From Eledone cirrhosa (taxonomy: Eukaryota), in NCBI GenBank assembly GCA_964016885.1, contig OZ024740.1, positions 121,148,001 through 121,212,000 on the forward strand: a stretch of DNA of 64,000 nt, in the 5' to 3' direction. A program made the position numbers and the translations under genes. The notes below the pieces were generated by a model. The model did no database searches, was not told the origin of the DNA, and worked only from the letters and a program-made list of their open reading frames with translations. Positions 26,901-40,964 of this stretch are shown here, piece by piece. Position 1 is the first letter of the stretch, and the number at the start of each line of letters is the position of its first letter.

Positions 26901-28998
26901 TTGATAAATTGTACGTACAACAAATATCAGTAACGCACCCAGCGGCATTGCGTCACCATTTCTTGGTACTACTAAAATCGTTAAATATTTACTTTTAACT
27001 AACCTTGTGTTAACAACATAATAAAACATCACTAAACTAAACAGAATTTTCCATTGATTGTCTTAATATGTAATAATATTTTATCTGTGTATAAACACAT
27101 GATTTTTGCTAATTATATAATTAAAATTCGTGCATACATCAATCATTGGGAAAACGATTAAGATACTAATGTATTAAAAACGATAGTTGTTTTAATTGTA
27201 ATCCTTTGATAAACTTTATGTTTATAAAATAAAGAAATCGATAATATAGTAGTCTTCATTATGTTGAAATATGTAGATGAGATTACAACCAGTAATCTGT
27301 CGTTCAATACGTATTTACTAAAGAAAAATAAATACTTTACGTTCGTTAAACCAACGTCGCATAAAGAAAATTTTTGGAAGAACTATATGGAGAAAAAATA
27401 ATAAATATTAGATACAGAGGGAAAAAATTACCTTTGGAGTTTTAACCTTTGAAAATAAACAATTAAATATAAAACACTGATGTAAACATTCATATATGAG
27501 ATCTGTTTAAAACGTCCCATTTTGAAGAAGACAAAAAGGAAAAGAAATCTGATATTTATCTTAATCAAGTTATGAAAATATACTGTTCATACAAAAATAT
27601 TAAAGTACTGACTACGATATTATAGAAGAGTATAAATACATGTGTCTATTTAAGTAGGAAATATATATTACTCAATATTACAAAATAAATGCAATAGGAG
27701 GAAACGCATACACGCTGGACATCTGTCGCTTCCGCAACGAGTGTTCCAATTATTCAATCAACAGCACATTCCACACATACAATTAGCGTGTACTTGCTTG
27801 AGCATTCCATAAATACATGTAACCATAATGTAGTTTACAAGGTGATTCAGAATGCCAGAATGTGTGATAAAGCTGGAACGTTTTAATTACAGGTACACCT
27901 AATTTGTTTCAGTTATATAAAGCGAAGCAACGTTAAATAAAACGCACCGCCAGAGGTTGAGTGCAAATTCTTACAAACGTGAGCCGAACACCGTAACCCC
28001 TTAGCCATGTGGAGTTACACAGCACATTTACATTTAAAGCATCAAAGAAGCTCGTTAACACTAGTAGTATAAATTAGAATGGCCAAAGGAAGTAGAAACT
28101 GCAATATTTCCTCAATACTCTTATCTCACCGTAACCTATAATTGATTTACCGCATATATTTCGGTATGTAGTAAGTGGGCCTAAAGTATTTTTCGGAGTT
28201 ACTAAGGCAGCGACTAGCCAATCGACAACTTTCACCCATATGAACAAATCTAATATATATTTGTGAAATGGATGGTGGTTGACATTCAGATGTGCACGGT
28301 TAAATGGTAGTAGACATCGTCGGACTGACATGAAAATTTAAACACATATGTAAAAGGTGCCAAGGAAGCAAATAGGCGAGGTTTCAAATCTCTAACTTGA
28401 AAAATGTAGTCCCTAGGGCTCCAACACTATCGCGTTCGGTGAGTTATTTCCTCCTGTTCTAATACTTTTGTCTTATTTACAATTTCATACAAATAAAGCA
28501 GTAAATAAAGGATTATGAGTTCATGCAATTGTCTTATGTTTCGTCACTATATATATATATATGATATGAAAACGCTTTAATAAAATAAAATATCAACTGT
28601 AATGTATGTATGCATGTATTTATGTGTTTATATGAGCGGGGATATGCAAGTAAATCTTACTCTGTTGACAGCTTATTCTTAGCATAATATTCATGCTAGA
28701 ACAGCATATATTTGAAAGTTTTCAGAGAGTTGGATTTACTGATTTTGGATCGACAGCTTTAGCTTTGAAAAAATGAAATGTGCAGTGTAAACATTTTTTA
28801 TTATTCCTCCGGGGATGAATCTTCTCTGCATTTTTGCATCTCTTTATTTCTCTCTGGAAGAAATCAGCCGTAGTAAGACCTAAAAGAATGGTTAGATACA
28901 CCATGACGCACCGTGCGTCACGGTGGAGTTGAAAAGCAGACTCAGAACATGACGTTGCGTGGGGTGGCTCACAGCCCAATGTTCCAGGGGGAGCAAAA

Positions 28999-29038
<40 letters not shown>

Positions 29039-29989
29039 TAGGGAAGAAGACGCACGAGGTGACGGAGGTCATGAAATCGCTCCCGTAAGTTTTGAATTTT
29101 TAACATATTTAAATCATTTGTGAAATAACAACTCTTAGTACAAATGCTACGTAAAGCACCCGGCTTGAGTCCCCAAAAATTCGGACCCAAAATATATTGT
29201 TATAAGGCTCAAATATTCAAATATTCAACTTTGTATTGTACACTGTATATCCAAAAAAGAAAATGGCTATAAATGGAAGAATAATCCCCCCTCCTCTCCT
29301 CTGTCTACACTATATAGGACAGCCAAACTCACCAACACCAGAAACTAGATACACCACCCACCCCATCATCTGTGTACACTAAACACAACAGCCAGATAAC
29401 GGCATTTTCACCTTCACCACCACCGCTCACTACGGCCATCATTACCACCACTATCCCATCACCGCCGCCACCACCCCTTCACTCCTTCACTGCTGCCACC
29501 GCTACAGCACCATCACTACAGTAATACGGTCACATCACCGCCACCACTGCCTCGGTATCGACATCACCACCACCACTGTCTCAGTATCGCTACCGCCGCC
29601 AGTCTCCCACTTCTCCCTGCTGGCTGCTACTTCCACATTATAGAATTCCTACTAATAACAAAGAGGAAGGCATCAAAATATATATATAGATAGACTCAAA
29701 AGAAAAAAGAAAAAACAAACAACAAAACCAAAGCAGCACAGCAACAACAGCAAAAACGAGAAAAACAAACAGAGAAAAACAAAAACAAAAAAAGAAACCC
29801 CAAAAAACGTAAAGAAAATAAGAATGAAGAGAGAAGCAGGCGGACGGACAGATAAGAGGGGGGGAAAACTAAAACTTAAAAAACAAAAACTAAGTCAGAC
29901 ATTCGAACACTACATTACAATGAAACTTATGCTTATTCATTTTTGGGGCCCTTTCTGCCTGTGTGTTTGTTTGTTTATGTGTGTTCGTA

Positions 29990-32900
29990 TACAGCGTGGT
30001 GATAATGCCACACAAGGGCCAAGTGGGATGGCGGATCCACAGATGGCTATGTAACCATACATTCGCCAATCCTCGATAAGAGTGTTTAAATATCGAACAT
30101 AAACAGTTCGAATAACGGTGAAATGGAGACTAGAACGTCATGTGACAGACTCTCACCCAACAGGTGCCCCCTGGCTCAGCAGCAGGAACCTGACTGTCAA
30201 CCAAATACTGCTGATGTTGGAGGAAGAAGAAGAAGGAAAGGGGCCATAACCAACTGGACGAAAGAATTGAATAGAACTGTTATGCAATGCTACCTGAAAA
30301 GTAACCCCAAGGAGAGGGGCTATAGGAGACGGATGCATAACATCTGGAACGAGATTGGTCTATTTAAATTAGATGAACAAAAGAGTGTTTAAATATCGAA
30401 CCTAAACAGTTCGAATAACGGTGAAATGGAGACTAGAACGTCATGTGACAGACTCTCACCCAACAGGTGCTCCCTGGCTCAGCAGCAGGAACCTGACTGT
30501 CAACCAAATAATGCTGGTGTTGGAGGAAGAAGAAGAAGGAAAGGGGCCAGAACCAACTGGATGAAAGAATAGAATAGAACTGTTATGCAATGTTACCTGA
30601 AAAGTAACCCCAAGGAGAGGGGCTATAGGAGACGGATGCATAACATCTGGAACGAGATTGGTCTATTTAAATTAGATGAACAAAAATTGGCCGGGCAGGC
30701 TCGGGTAATAAGAACTAATGGGTGGATAAGCGAGCTGGAACTGGAGGAACTGAGCAGAGAGAATAGCTTGGAGATGGAGGGTGTAGTATGCCAGACAAAC
30801 GAGCCAGTGGGAAATGTAGGTGAAGAGGTCGAGAGAACGGAGGAACCACCCGAAGCAGACAATGATCTGAATACTGAGATAAAAAATACCTGGAACAGAG
30901 ATAAGGCCACTGAGGAGAAGAATGCTGACGGGCTAGGACAAGATTCAGTTGACATCCTAAATTTAGTGGTAGATGAATTGAACAATGATAGTGGGAGACC
31001 TATGAACCTAAGATTTATAGACAGGAAAAAGTTAAAAGAAACAACAGCTAAGGTAAACAAAGTCATCCCATACCTTGAGGCGAGGAGCCTTCACCAGTGC
31101 AACAATATCCTCAAAGCAACAGCAAATACGGTGAGGAAACTACTTGGTATAAAAGCGAGAAGAAACAGCAGACAAGAAAGAGCAGAGCCTTGGTGGAAGA
31201 AACGACTGAGTGGACAAATCAGGGAAATGAGAAATGACATTGGAAAGCTTGAGTCACTACTGAATGGGACACTAAAAAAGATAGGCACTAAAAATAGACT
31301 GGAAATAAAGTACAAAACTAGGAGGAAAAAGCTAAATATTATCATAGAGGAACTGAAGCAACGCATTGTAGCAAAGAGTGCAAAAATCAGGCGATACGAG
31401 AACAGAGTCAGTCAGTATAAACAGAACCGCATGTTCGACAACAACCAGAAAATGTTGTTTGGACAGCTTGAGGGGAAAGAAAGAGGCAACGACTTGATCC
31501 GTGAGGCGGAACAAACTAAAACATTCTGGAGAGGAATATGGGAGCAGGATGTTAGACATAATGACCAGGCAGGGTGGATTGAGACAGTACAGAGGGAAAT
31601 CGGTGAGCAGGCACACCAACAAACTGATTTGAGTATCACAGTTGAAACTCTTAAGGGGCAGGCCAAAAACTAACCAACTGGAAATCACCAGGCCCAGATG
31701 GTGTGCAGGGGTATTGGATTAAAAATATAACATCCCTCCACCCGAAACTGACAACCATGTTCAATGACTGCTTGATGTCAGGTGAGGTACCAGAGTGGTT
31801 GACAAAAGGTACCACAGTTCTGATAATGAAAGACGGAATCAAGGGTAATGATGTTTCCAACTATAGACCTATCACATGTCTGTCCGTAATATGGAAACTG
31901 TTGACGAGCATTGTGTCTGAGGAAATCTACCATCACCTCCACACAAACAACTTGTTACCGGACGAACAGAAAGGATGCCGAAAGAAGTCACGTGGTACAA
32001 AGGACCAGTTACTTATTGATAAGATGGTAATGGGGAATTGCAGGAGGAGACACACTGATCTTGCCATGGGATGGATAGACTACAGAAAGGCATTTGACAT
32101 GGTGCCTCATTCTTGGATCCCCAAAAGCCTGGAGATCTTCAAGGTGGCAGATAACATCAAACAGTTGCTGGGCAAGAGTATGAGGTCCTGAGAAACAGAG
32201 TTGACATCAACTGGAGAATCCTCGGGAAGCGTGAAGATCAAGAGAGGTATCTTCCAGGGAGATAGTCTGCCCCCTCTGTTGTTTGTCCTTGCCCTGATGC
32301 CCCTGACCAGTGTACTGCGAAAAGTGAGAGCAGGATACGGTTTGGGAAAGGGAGGGCTTACCATCAAATACCTCCTCTTCATGGACGATCTTAAGCTCTT
32401 CGGGAAGAGTGAGAAGGAGTAGGATGTGCTTGTTGACACTGTCCGTATTTTCAGCAGTGATATATATATGCAGTTTGGTATTAGTAAGTGTGGAGTCATT
32501 GTGATGAGGAGGGGTGGGTTGAGCAGAAGTAACGGAATCCAGATACCAACAGGTGAGATGATAAAGGAAATTGACTCTGAGGAAGGATACAAGTTTTGGG
32601 GCGTTCTGGAGGCTGATGGCATAAAGAACAAAAATAGGAAGGAATTGTTAAGAACTGAATACATTCGGAGTGTAAGGAGTGTATTGAAGTCACATCTGAA
32701 CAGCAGAAATGCCATAAGCGCAGTAAATTCCCGAGCTGTGTCTATTATTAGGTACAGTGCGGGAATTCTGAGATGGAATGTTGCTGAACAAAAAGAAATG
32801 GATAGGAAGACTAGGAGACTATTGACTATCTACAACATGTTCCACAAGAGGAGTGATGTCGATAGACTCTACCTAAGGAGATTTGAGGGTGGAAGAGGTC

Positions 32901-33890
32901 TTATCAGCACAGAGGACTGTGTTCAGATGGAGAAAAACAACCTACACAAATACGTGACTGATAGTAAGGAGCCAATGCTCAGAACTGTACTGAAGGAGGG
33001 GACAATAGGCCAGGGGATGTCCAAGGAGGAAATAACATCAAGGAGAAAGAGCAGCCTTCAGGAAAAATCCCTTCATAGTACCTTCTTTGAGAAAACTAAA
33101 TTTACAGAGCCACAGACATGGAACTGGTTGAGAAGAGGAGACCTTAAAAAGGTTACAGAAGGAATGTCAATGGCTGCGCAGGAGCAGGCCCTCAAAACGA
33201 AGTGGTGAAACACCATATTTACAAGGAGGAGGCTAGCCCACTGTGCAGGATCTGTGGAGAGAGAGAGGAGACTGTGGCTCACATTGTATCCGAGTGTAAA
33301 CACCTAGCCCAGACCCACTATAAGGGCTGGAGACATGATGTGATGGGCAGAGTGATCCACTGGCACCTGTGCAAAGTAAACAATTTACCACATTCTGAGA
33401 AGTGGTATGAGCATAAGCCAGAGGCGGTGATGGAGAACGATCAGGTGAAGGTGCTGTGGGATTTTAGGATAAAGACGGACAAGAAACTGGAACACAATAG
33501 ACCTGACCTGGTGGTTGTGGACAAAGAAAAAATATCGTGTCTGATTGTGGATGTGGCCTGCCCATTCGACACGAGAGTGCAAGAAAAGGAGAGGGAGAAA
33601 ATTAACCGATACCAGGACTTAAAGTGCGGGGTAAAAAGGATTTGGAACTGCCATGAAGTCAAAGTGATCCCGATTGTCATAGGCGCACTGGGGACTATCT
33701 CCAAAAGTTTCCAGGGATGGTTAAAGAAAATCGGCCCCTTCACGCTTTTTGGAACGCTTCAAAAGGCATGCTTGTGGGAAACAGCAAGAACCCTCCGATA
33801 CGTCCTGAATATCTGAGGCTGCAGGTAATGGCTTGATATTCATTCCAACCGACTTTCCAGTTAACCAACATCAATGACTGAGATTCAAGG
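29990..33890 (+). mobile_element. Near full-length decayed R4/Dong-clade non-LTR retrotransposon (RT + CCHC + restriction-like endonuclease)
   Basis: KSPGPDG, NYRPITCL, QKGC, WIDYRKAFD, GIFQGDSL, LLFMDDLKLF, CRICGEREETVAHIVSEC, RPDLVVVD, VIPIVIGALG; in-frame stops near 30570, 31671, 32189 and 32420, frameshift near 33205; ends in (TAA)n. Confidence 0.92.
30078..30683 (+). repeat. 303-bp tandem duplication at the 5' end of the R4/Dong element
   Basis: aagagtgtttaaatatcgaa at 30078 and 30381; duplicated peptide MQCYLKSNPKERGYRRRMH. Confidence 0.92.
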
Positions 33891-33911
33891 AATAACAACA
33901 ATAATAATAAT

Positions 33912-33991
<80 letters not shown>

Positions 33992-33997
<6 letters not shown>

Positions 33998-34750
33998 GGC
34001 TACAAAAGGCTACAGAAGGAATGCTAATGGCTGCGCAGGAGCAGGCCCTCAAAACGAAGTGGTTGAAGCACCATATCTACAAGGAGGAGGCTAGCCCACT
34101 GTGCAGGATCTGTGGAGAGAGAGAGGAGACTATGGCTCACATTGTGTCCGAGTGTAAACACCTAGCCCAGACCCACTATAAGGGCTGGAGACACGATGTG
34201 ATGGGCAGGGTGATCCACTGGCACCTGTGCAAAGTAAACAATTTACCACATTCTGAGAAATGGTATGAGCATAGGCCAGAGGCGGTGATGGTGAACAATC
34301 AGGTGAAGGTGCTGTGGGATTTTAGGATACAGACGGACAAAAAACTGGAACACAATAGACCTGACCTGGTGGTTGTGGACAAAGAAAAAAGATCGTGCCT
34401 GATTGTGGATGTGGCCTGCCCGTTCGACACGAGAGTGCAAGAGAAGGAGAGGGAGAAAATTAACCGATACCAGGACCTAAAGTGGGAGGTGAAAAGGATT
34501 TGGAACTGCCATGAAGTCAAAGTGATCCCGATTGTCATAGGCGCACTGGGGACTATCTCCAAAAGTTTCCAGGGATGGTTAAAGAAAATCGGCCCCTTCA
34601 CGCTTTTTGGAACGCTTCAAAAGGCATGCTTGCTTGGAACAGCAAGAACCCTCCGATACGTCCTGAATATCTGAGGCTGCAGGTAGTGGCTTGATATTCA
34701 ATCCAACGGACTTTCCAGTTAACCAACATCAATGACTGAGATTCAAGGAA
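33992..34750 (+). mobile_element. Second, 5'-truncated R4/Dong copy inserted in the (TAA)n tail of the first
   Basis: Near-identical endonuclease domain and 3' UTR (gactgagattcaagg), flanked by (TAA)n on both sides. Confidence 0.93.
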
Positions 34751-34760
34751 TAACAACAAC

Positions 34761-34871
<111 letters not shown>

Positions 34872-35669
34872 AAGAAGATGTGACCTGGAGTCCTATCAAA
34901 TATGAAGGCTGTCTTAACTTGAAGGTTTAGTAGAAACAATTCATGTATAGTTTTGTACTTTTGTTTTTGTCATTCATATATAAACAAATCTACTATATAA
35001 ATTGAAAGTGGTCGGACGTTTATATGTAGCTGTAGTCGTATAAACGTCGAAACGCCTTGGTGGAATGCAGCGAAAATTTACAGTATTGTAGAATGACCCG
35101 AAGAGTCGTTGGGTCGACTTTCAAGCTACAATCTTCCATGGTTACGGAGAAAATCGATGAAACAGGAATTTCCCATTCAAATTGAACTGAGAGTAATCTG
35201 TGAACACAGAAGTAATTATTTCGAGAAACGTTGCAACCGAACGAAAACAGGAAGACGATATTTTGGTTCGTGAAAATATTCCCTGGCAATGAACGGGGAA
35301 AAAGCGAGGATAATACGTCGTTATGTGGAGCGTAAAGAACAATTTCATGCAAAGACAAGACCAAGTTTATGGTATAAATGGAGTCGTTAGACTAATATTC
35401 TTTTACAATAACAAAATGATTTCCAGCCCCGGAGTTTAAGAATGATGAAAATAAAATTGAAAACGAAAATGACAGCGGTTATTAAAATAGTAAAAGTAAA
35501 TAGTGAAGATTTAGGCCAGTACATACGTATGCCCCAACGGACATACATACGCACACACAAATACATACACACCAACACACACACATACACACACACACAC
35601 AAACACAAACACACATACACACACACACACACACGCGCGCGCACACACACACGAACGCACGCGCGTATG

Positions 35670-36101
35670 TATAAACCTCATGCATGTCTACAGTATTTTC
35701 ACCAAACTTAAGACATAGGTTATTTATGTACTCCGGATGGTCATGGGCAGTGTCATTTTTCCAGATATTGATTATAGCCCCCCCCCCCGCCCCCGGCAGA
35801 TAACCCCTTTAACCACTTTAACCACTTGCTTGGAGTCGACTGAATTACTGCAGTGCAATGCAACAAAACGTCATAACTTCTTGAGTTCGCAACTGATTTA
35901 CACAAAACTTGACACATGGGCTACGTTTGTCCCACAGATGAATGTGAACTCTCAGAATTGGCACATATTGGGTATGGGACCCCAGGGGGCAGGAACCCCC
36001 TTTTGGAAAAGTATAGTTTTCGAAGCAGCACTGAAGTATTGACATAAATCGAATACACAATTGCTATTTAATATCCGAGCAACGCCGGGTACCTCTGCTA
36101 G
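35670..36101 (+). mobile_element. Non-autonomous Helitron-like element (3' end clear, 5' end uncertain)
   Basis: Subterminal hairpin ccgagcaacgccgg followed by gtacctctgCTAG|T. Confidence 0.6.
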
Positions 36102-36369
36102 TATCTTATATAATAGAATTTGTTGTTCGCATTCTATGCTTCTATTTAATAATGTGGGTGTACTTTAAGGCTAAATGCCGTCTTATACACTGGCCTAAAC
36201 TGTAATATGAAAAGAAAATGCATTATTTCACCAGCTTCATTCTGGCATTTATACATCTTAAGATAGGATGGCGATAAAACAATAAATGTATGGATGTAAT
36301 AAGTCCATACCAAAGGGTCGATTCCCTAAAGCTCTGCTGGGATTGGTGTTAAGTGGCACATATATATTG

Positions 36370-37735
36370 CTCTGTCACATAGGTGCACATTCATATGCAG
36401 AAGGACGGATGAGAAGAAAATAAAGAAAGAAAGTGTGAAAAGGGGAAGGGGAAGAAAAAGAGATGAGAGTTAGGTATATGCATAAATTAGTGTTTGGTCC
36501 CAAGGCAAAGGTTCAATAGTGGCTAAAATTTGAAGACCAAAGTGACAGAGGAAAAGGTAAGGTTAGTGGGAGGATACATACTTATACAAACCATAATTTA
36601 GAAATTAGAAGTTAATTAATAAGCAAAATAATATGAGAGAAATAATAAAAAAAATAAAAATAAAAATATAATTTGAAAAATGAACAAGTAAATAAGGCAA
36701 GATTAAAAAAGTGAAATTCAAATAAAAATAAAATAAAATATAGTAAAATGAAAGGAAAATAAAATAAAAATTAAAAATTAAAAATGAATTAAGATAAAAT
36801 CAAAATGATAAGTAAATGATTAAATAACATCTATTAAGAAAATGAAATAAAAATAAATAGACTTGAGTGGAGTAAAAGAAAATGAAAGAAGAATCGACTT
36901 AAATCTAAAGTTTAACGAAGAAGTACATCATTGATAGATAGGTAGAAGTAAAGTAGTACTCACATATGAGAGTAATTTTGGGGAGGGAGCAGGGGTCCGT
37001 GGAGTATGGAGTGGTTGGCAGATGAGACCTAGGGTTAGGATGTAGGCGTGATTGTTTATTCTCTCGGGTGCAATCGTTTGTTCTGAGGCGTCAGTTTTTG
37101 CGGTTAGGTGTACAGTCTGTCATGTTAGGTGTACAGTCTGTCATGTTTGAAGCAGAGGTACGGTTTTGGATCCTGTGCTCGTATTCGGTGACTAGTCCGG
37201 ATAACGTTTTTGGTTAGTGGAACGTTTTCAAATAGGATATACTCATTCATTTATTTATACTCATTTTATTTCATTTTCTTATTCATTTTTTATTCACATA
37301 TTCATTTAATTATTCAATTATTTTCTTTCTATCTAATTCACTTTTTTAACATTTTATTTTCCTTTTATTTTATTTTTATTCGAATCTCTCTTTTTCAATC
37401 TTACCTTATTTACTTGTTCATTGTTTATTATATTTTTTATTATTATATATTCGCTTATTTTATTTTGATTATTTTTTAACTTCTAATGCCTAAATTCTAG
37501 TTTGTGTATGTATATATCCACCTCCTACAATTACGCTATCCTTCCCTCTCTCCCTCTGGACGTCAACTTTAGCCACTATAAAATGTTCGGCTGGAGTCCA
37601 AACTCTATATTACATATACAGCGGTCATTCTATCTCTCTTCCTTTCGTCTCCCTTTCTCTTCTCACCCTTTCTTTATTTTTTCTTCCAACCCATCCTTTC
37701 TTTACTTCTCCCATGCGTGCGCAACTATGTGACAG
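36370..37735. repeat. Diverged long inverted repeat pair (about 36370-36760 and 37300-37735)
   Basis: ctgtcacatag / ctatgtgacag ends; tagtggctaaa / tttagccacta; ttagaagttaa / ttaacttctaa; mirrored purine and pyrimidine tracts. Confidence 0.55.
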
Positions 37736-37764
37736 ATGTGAAAGACAAAACAAAAATAAAATAA

Positions 37765-38265
37765 TTGATATGACAGACTTTGACTATTGGGGTCGATTAG
37801 AAAATCTCAAACTTTATTCTCCCCAACGCCACCGTGAGAGCTACATCATCTGTATGTTGTAGAAAATATTCCATCAGCATTGCCCAAATGATGTTGGCAT
37901 TATCTTTAAAGAATCCCCAAGGCGCGGGCCACCTGCAATCCGCCTACAATAAAAATCAAACTCGCATCTTATAACAATACGGCACAGTTATTTCACTTCA
38001 ATTGGCCCCGCCAAATGTAACATTACAGCAAAACACATTAAAACAGAACCATACCCCATAACGTTCAAATAGTCTTTAGATTGAATTCCTCCAAGAAATT
38101 CCGGATAAACCTCCTATACCCTGTTACGACTCCGTAAAAAATAACTCTCTACTTGATTGGACCATCATGTCCAAATCCTGATTTGAAAGACTTCGCCAGG
38201 TGGTAATATTAAGTAAAACATGGCCTGGGCCAATACTGGCCGAAACCTATCAAAGTTATTAAGGT
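37765..38265 (+). pseudogene. CR1/L2-like LINE 3' fragment
   Basis: Homologous to 59745-59935 (DYWGRLENLKLYSPQRHRE); 3' end ggcctgggccaatactggccgaaacc. Confidence 0.7.
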
Positions 38266-38413
38266 GTGTATATATATAAGCAAAGGGATATTTAATTTGT
38301 TGGTAATTCAACAAATATATTTATAACAGATTCGAAGCACTCGACAAGTTTTCTGGAGTATAATATCAATGATATTAATAAATGCATACTATATTTATAA
38401 AACCATATTTATT

Positions 38414-38466
38414 CTATTATTTATATTTCAAGGGCAGCAAAACTTTGGTACGCTCTCTTCAGATAA
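38414..38466 (-). ncRNA. Minimal hammerhead motif (family of 62063-62116)
   Basis: tat-CTGAAGA-gagcgtaccaaagttttgctgccctt-GAAA-tataaa-TA-ata. Confidence 0.55.
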
Positions 38467-39094
38467 AATACAAAGTTTGTTTTATAAATATTGACATATC
38501 CAGGAATGAGACCGTAACGTTTCAAGTTTCACCTGGTCTATCCAGGTGAAACTTGAACCGTTAAAGTCTCATTGTGTCCCTATCATACTCCAACTCGATA
38601 GTATCTCCTGTGTTATCTTGTTTATATTTGTATCATATTTAACTTTTATCGTTTTCCTTGTCGTCTACTAATATTTTCCTTTTCTTCTTCCTTCTTTACT
38701 ATCCCGCCTTTCATACTCTATCCAATGCATTCTTCTCTTCCCCACCCATCTCATTTTCTATAAATTAGAAAAAATTGCTTGACATGGCCAGAAGAGGTAG
38801 CTAGCCCAAACCACCGAGCTCGCGGTAGATCTACTTCTACTAATATACACACTCTGAATCTTGTCAGGTATCGTGTACTTTTTCATTTCTGTTCTTCCCG
38901 GTTTCAATATCACAGCCTATCAATACACACACACACGCACACGCCTGCAGACACACACACACACACACTCACACACGTATATATTTACATATATATATAT
39001 ATTCAGCTACATCCTCACGGTTCTAATACTACTGGATTTGTCCGGATCTAGCTGTCGAAAAGGCCGGAGCCAGACGTCGAGTCCTGAATCTGTT

Positions 39095-39164
<70 letters not shown>

Positions 39165-39169
<5 letters not shown>

Positions 39170-39873
39170 TAACATTTTCGCTCTACATGGCTGAATACAA
39201 TAAATGTAATCTGAGTCTTTCGAATAATAATCATATCATTCGATTCGTTTGCAATTTTGCAAACAAGCCTCAATTTTATAGCCATGTCAGTAGCATGAAC
39301 AGTTCATTCTTGTACTTGTGTTAGCATGTGCAGGATTCATGCTACTGACATGGCTATAAAATTGAGGCTTGTTTGCAAAATTGCAAACGAATCGAATGAT
39401 ATTATTAATATTGGAAACATTCAGATTACATGTATTGTGTTCAGCCATGTAGAGCGAAAATATTCTTTTTATTTGAATTTGGCAAAACCGACCAGTTATC
39501 GTTCGTATACAGGAAACTGATTGGCTAGTCTGCTGATATGCAAATGTGGCTGATCAGTGGATCTACTAATATACAGATTTGACTGATCAGCCAGTCTGCG
39601 ATTATGCAAATCAGGCCGATCTGTCACTGTGTATTTTAGAAAATAGCATATATATTCACTAGCTCTGACATTTTGGCAGGTGAACAGAGAGCTGTACTGA
39701 CGAAGGGTGATACCCAGAAACATTAGTGTCTGCAGTTTTGTTCGCATGCTAACACAAGAGCAAGATTGAAGGGTTCATTCTACTGATATGGCTATAAAAT
39801 TGAGGCTTGTTTGCAAAATTGTAAACAATCCAATGTTAATATTAATATTCGAAAAACTCAGATTACATTTGTC

Positions 39874-39875
<2 letters not shown>
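39165..39875. mobile_element. HHR-bearing short element with ~130-bp inverted arms (related copies at 58745-59115 and 43700-43745)
   Basis: 39172-39300 inverted against 39335-39465; shared ctactgacatggctataaaattgaggcttgtttgc; flanked by (TA)n. Confidence 0.75.
39682..39743 (+). ncRNA. Type I hammerhead ribozyme
   Basis: gaacagagagctgta-CTGACGA-agggt gat accca-GAAA-cattagtg-TC-tgcagttttgttc; extended stem I. Confidence 0.85.
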
Positions 39876-39969
<94 letters not shown>

Positions 39970-40261
39970 TTCAAGAGTAACCAATCTTAAAGAGAGAGAT
40001 GGAGATAGTAGAGGAGATTTGAGAGGATAGATTGGTGAGTTAGTTAGAAATCAAAGCGTAAAGGCATGTGCTCAATGTGCAATATGCAGTAGAAAGCAGC
40101 TAGGTGGCTGGGTTCATGCAGAAGTTAGGTGCGCAGAGCTGGAAATATTCATTAGTTAAGCAAAACAAGAGCATACATTTCACAAGGAAGACATTACTAA
40201 AAGATTGTCAACATATTTTAGTTTGATGTAAGGAATGTAGAGAATAATAATAATAATATCA

Positions 40262-40445
40262 ATAATAATTGTTTCTATTTTAGGCACAAGCCAGCAATTA
40301 TCCAGTACATTACTGTTACTTTATTTTATCGACCCCGTAAGGATGAAAGGCAAAGTTAACCTCGGCGGGATTTGAACTCAGATCATAAAGGGACTAACTC
40401 TATGCATGGTGTCCGACTCTCTATCGATACTGCTAATCCACCTAA
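40262..40445 (-). mobile_element. SINE copy nested in (TAA)n inside the PLE 3' UTR
   Basis: ttttatcgaccccgtaaggatgaaaggcaaagttaacctcggcgggatttgaactcaga; same family as 17480-17625. Confidence 0.65.
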
Positions 40446-40468
40446 TAATATTAATAATAATAATGTCC

Positions 40469-40588
40469 GTTTACAATTGTTTCGATTCTCCATATTATAT
40501 TTCTGGATCAGATGACTATATATCATAATTGATCTGGTTCAGTTGAAAATAATTAACATATTTAAAAAACAGAGTGGCTCATCGGAAC
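40469..40588 (-). ncRNA. Hammerhead motif, U4C variant with a long stem II insert
   Basis: gtt-CCGATGA-(~95 nt)-GAAA-caattg-TA-aac in the 3' UTR of the minus-strand PLE. Confidence 0.55.
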
Positions 40589-40964
40589 TTCAGAGGAATA
40601 TAAATTAAAATAATGGGATAATGTTACATAATATAATGTTCCATATATTTTTTTTTCTATGGTTTCTTGGTTGCGTCAGTTGTCAGCTATAATCAAGCAG
40701 TATTCATCTGTCGAGGCTGCATTATGTGAGATCTGCCTATGGGTAACAAAATGGCTGCCAAAGGGCATATTTACATTACTAATTAGAGGGTGGTTTCAGG
40801 GGAAGTAACTTCTCGAGAGATTAGAAATTGTGAGTGTTTATAGTTTATAGCTAATTTTTAAATTATTTAATTGAGAGACAATGTAGGGGAGGTAACTTAT
40901 AATTATCGAGTTGTTCATAGCAATTTAACTTATTAGCTACAAGTAAAAAAATGGGGCTACATGA

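Noticed and set aside
29995-30075. HDV-like ribozyme at the R4/Dong 5' end
   Set aside because: Some pairings exist (ggcca/tggct, atgta/tacat, tggcgga/ttcgcca) but I could not build the nested double pseudoknot with a catalytic C; needs a covariance-model search
33874-34018. Poly-Ile N-terminus (and poly-Leu on the minus strand) as a membrane segment
   Set aside because: Translation of the (TAA)n target repeat
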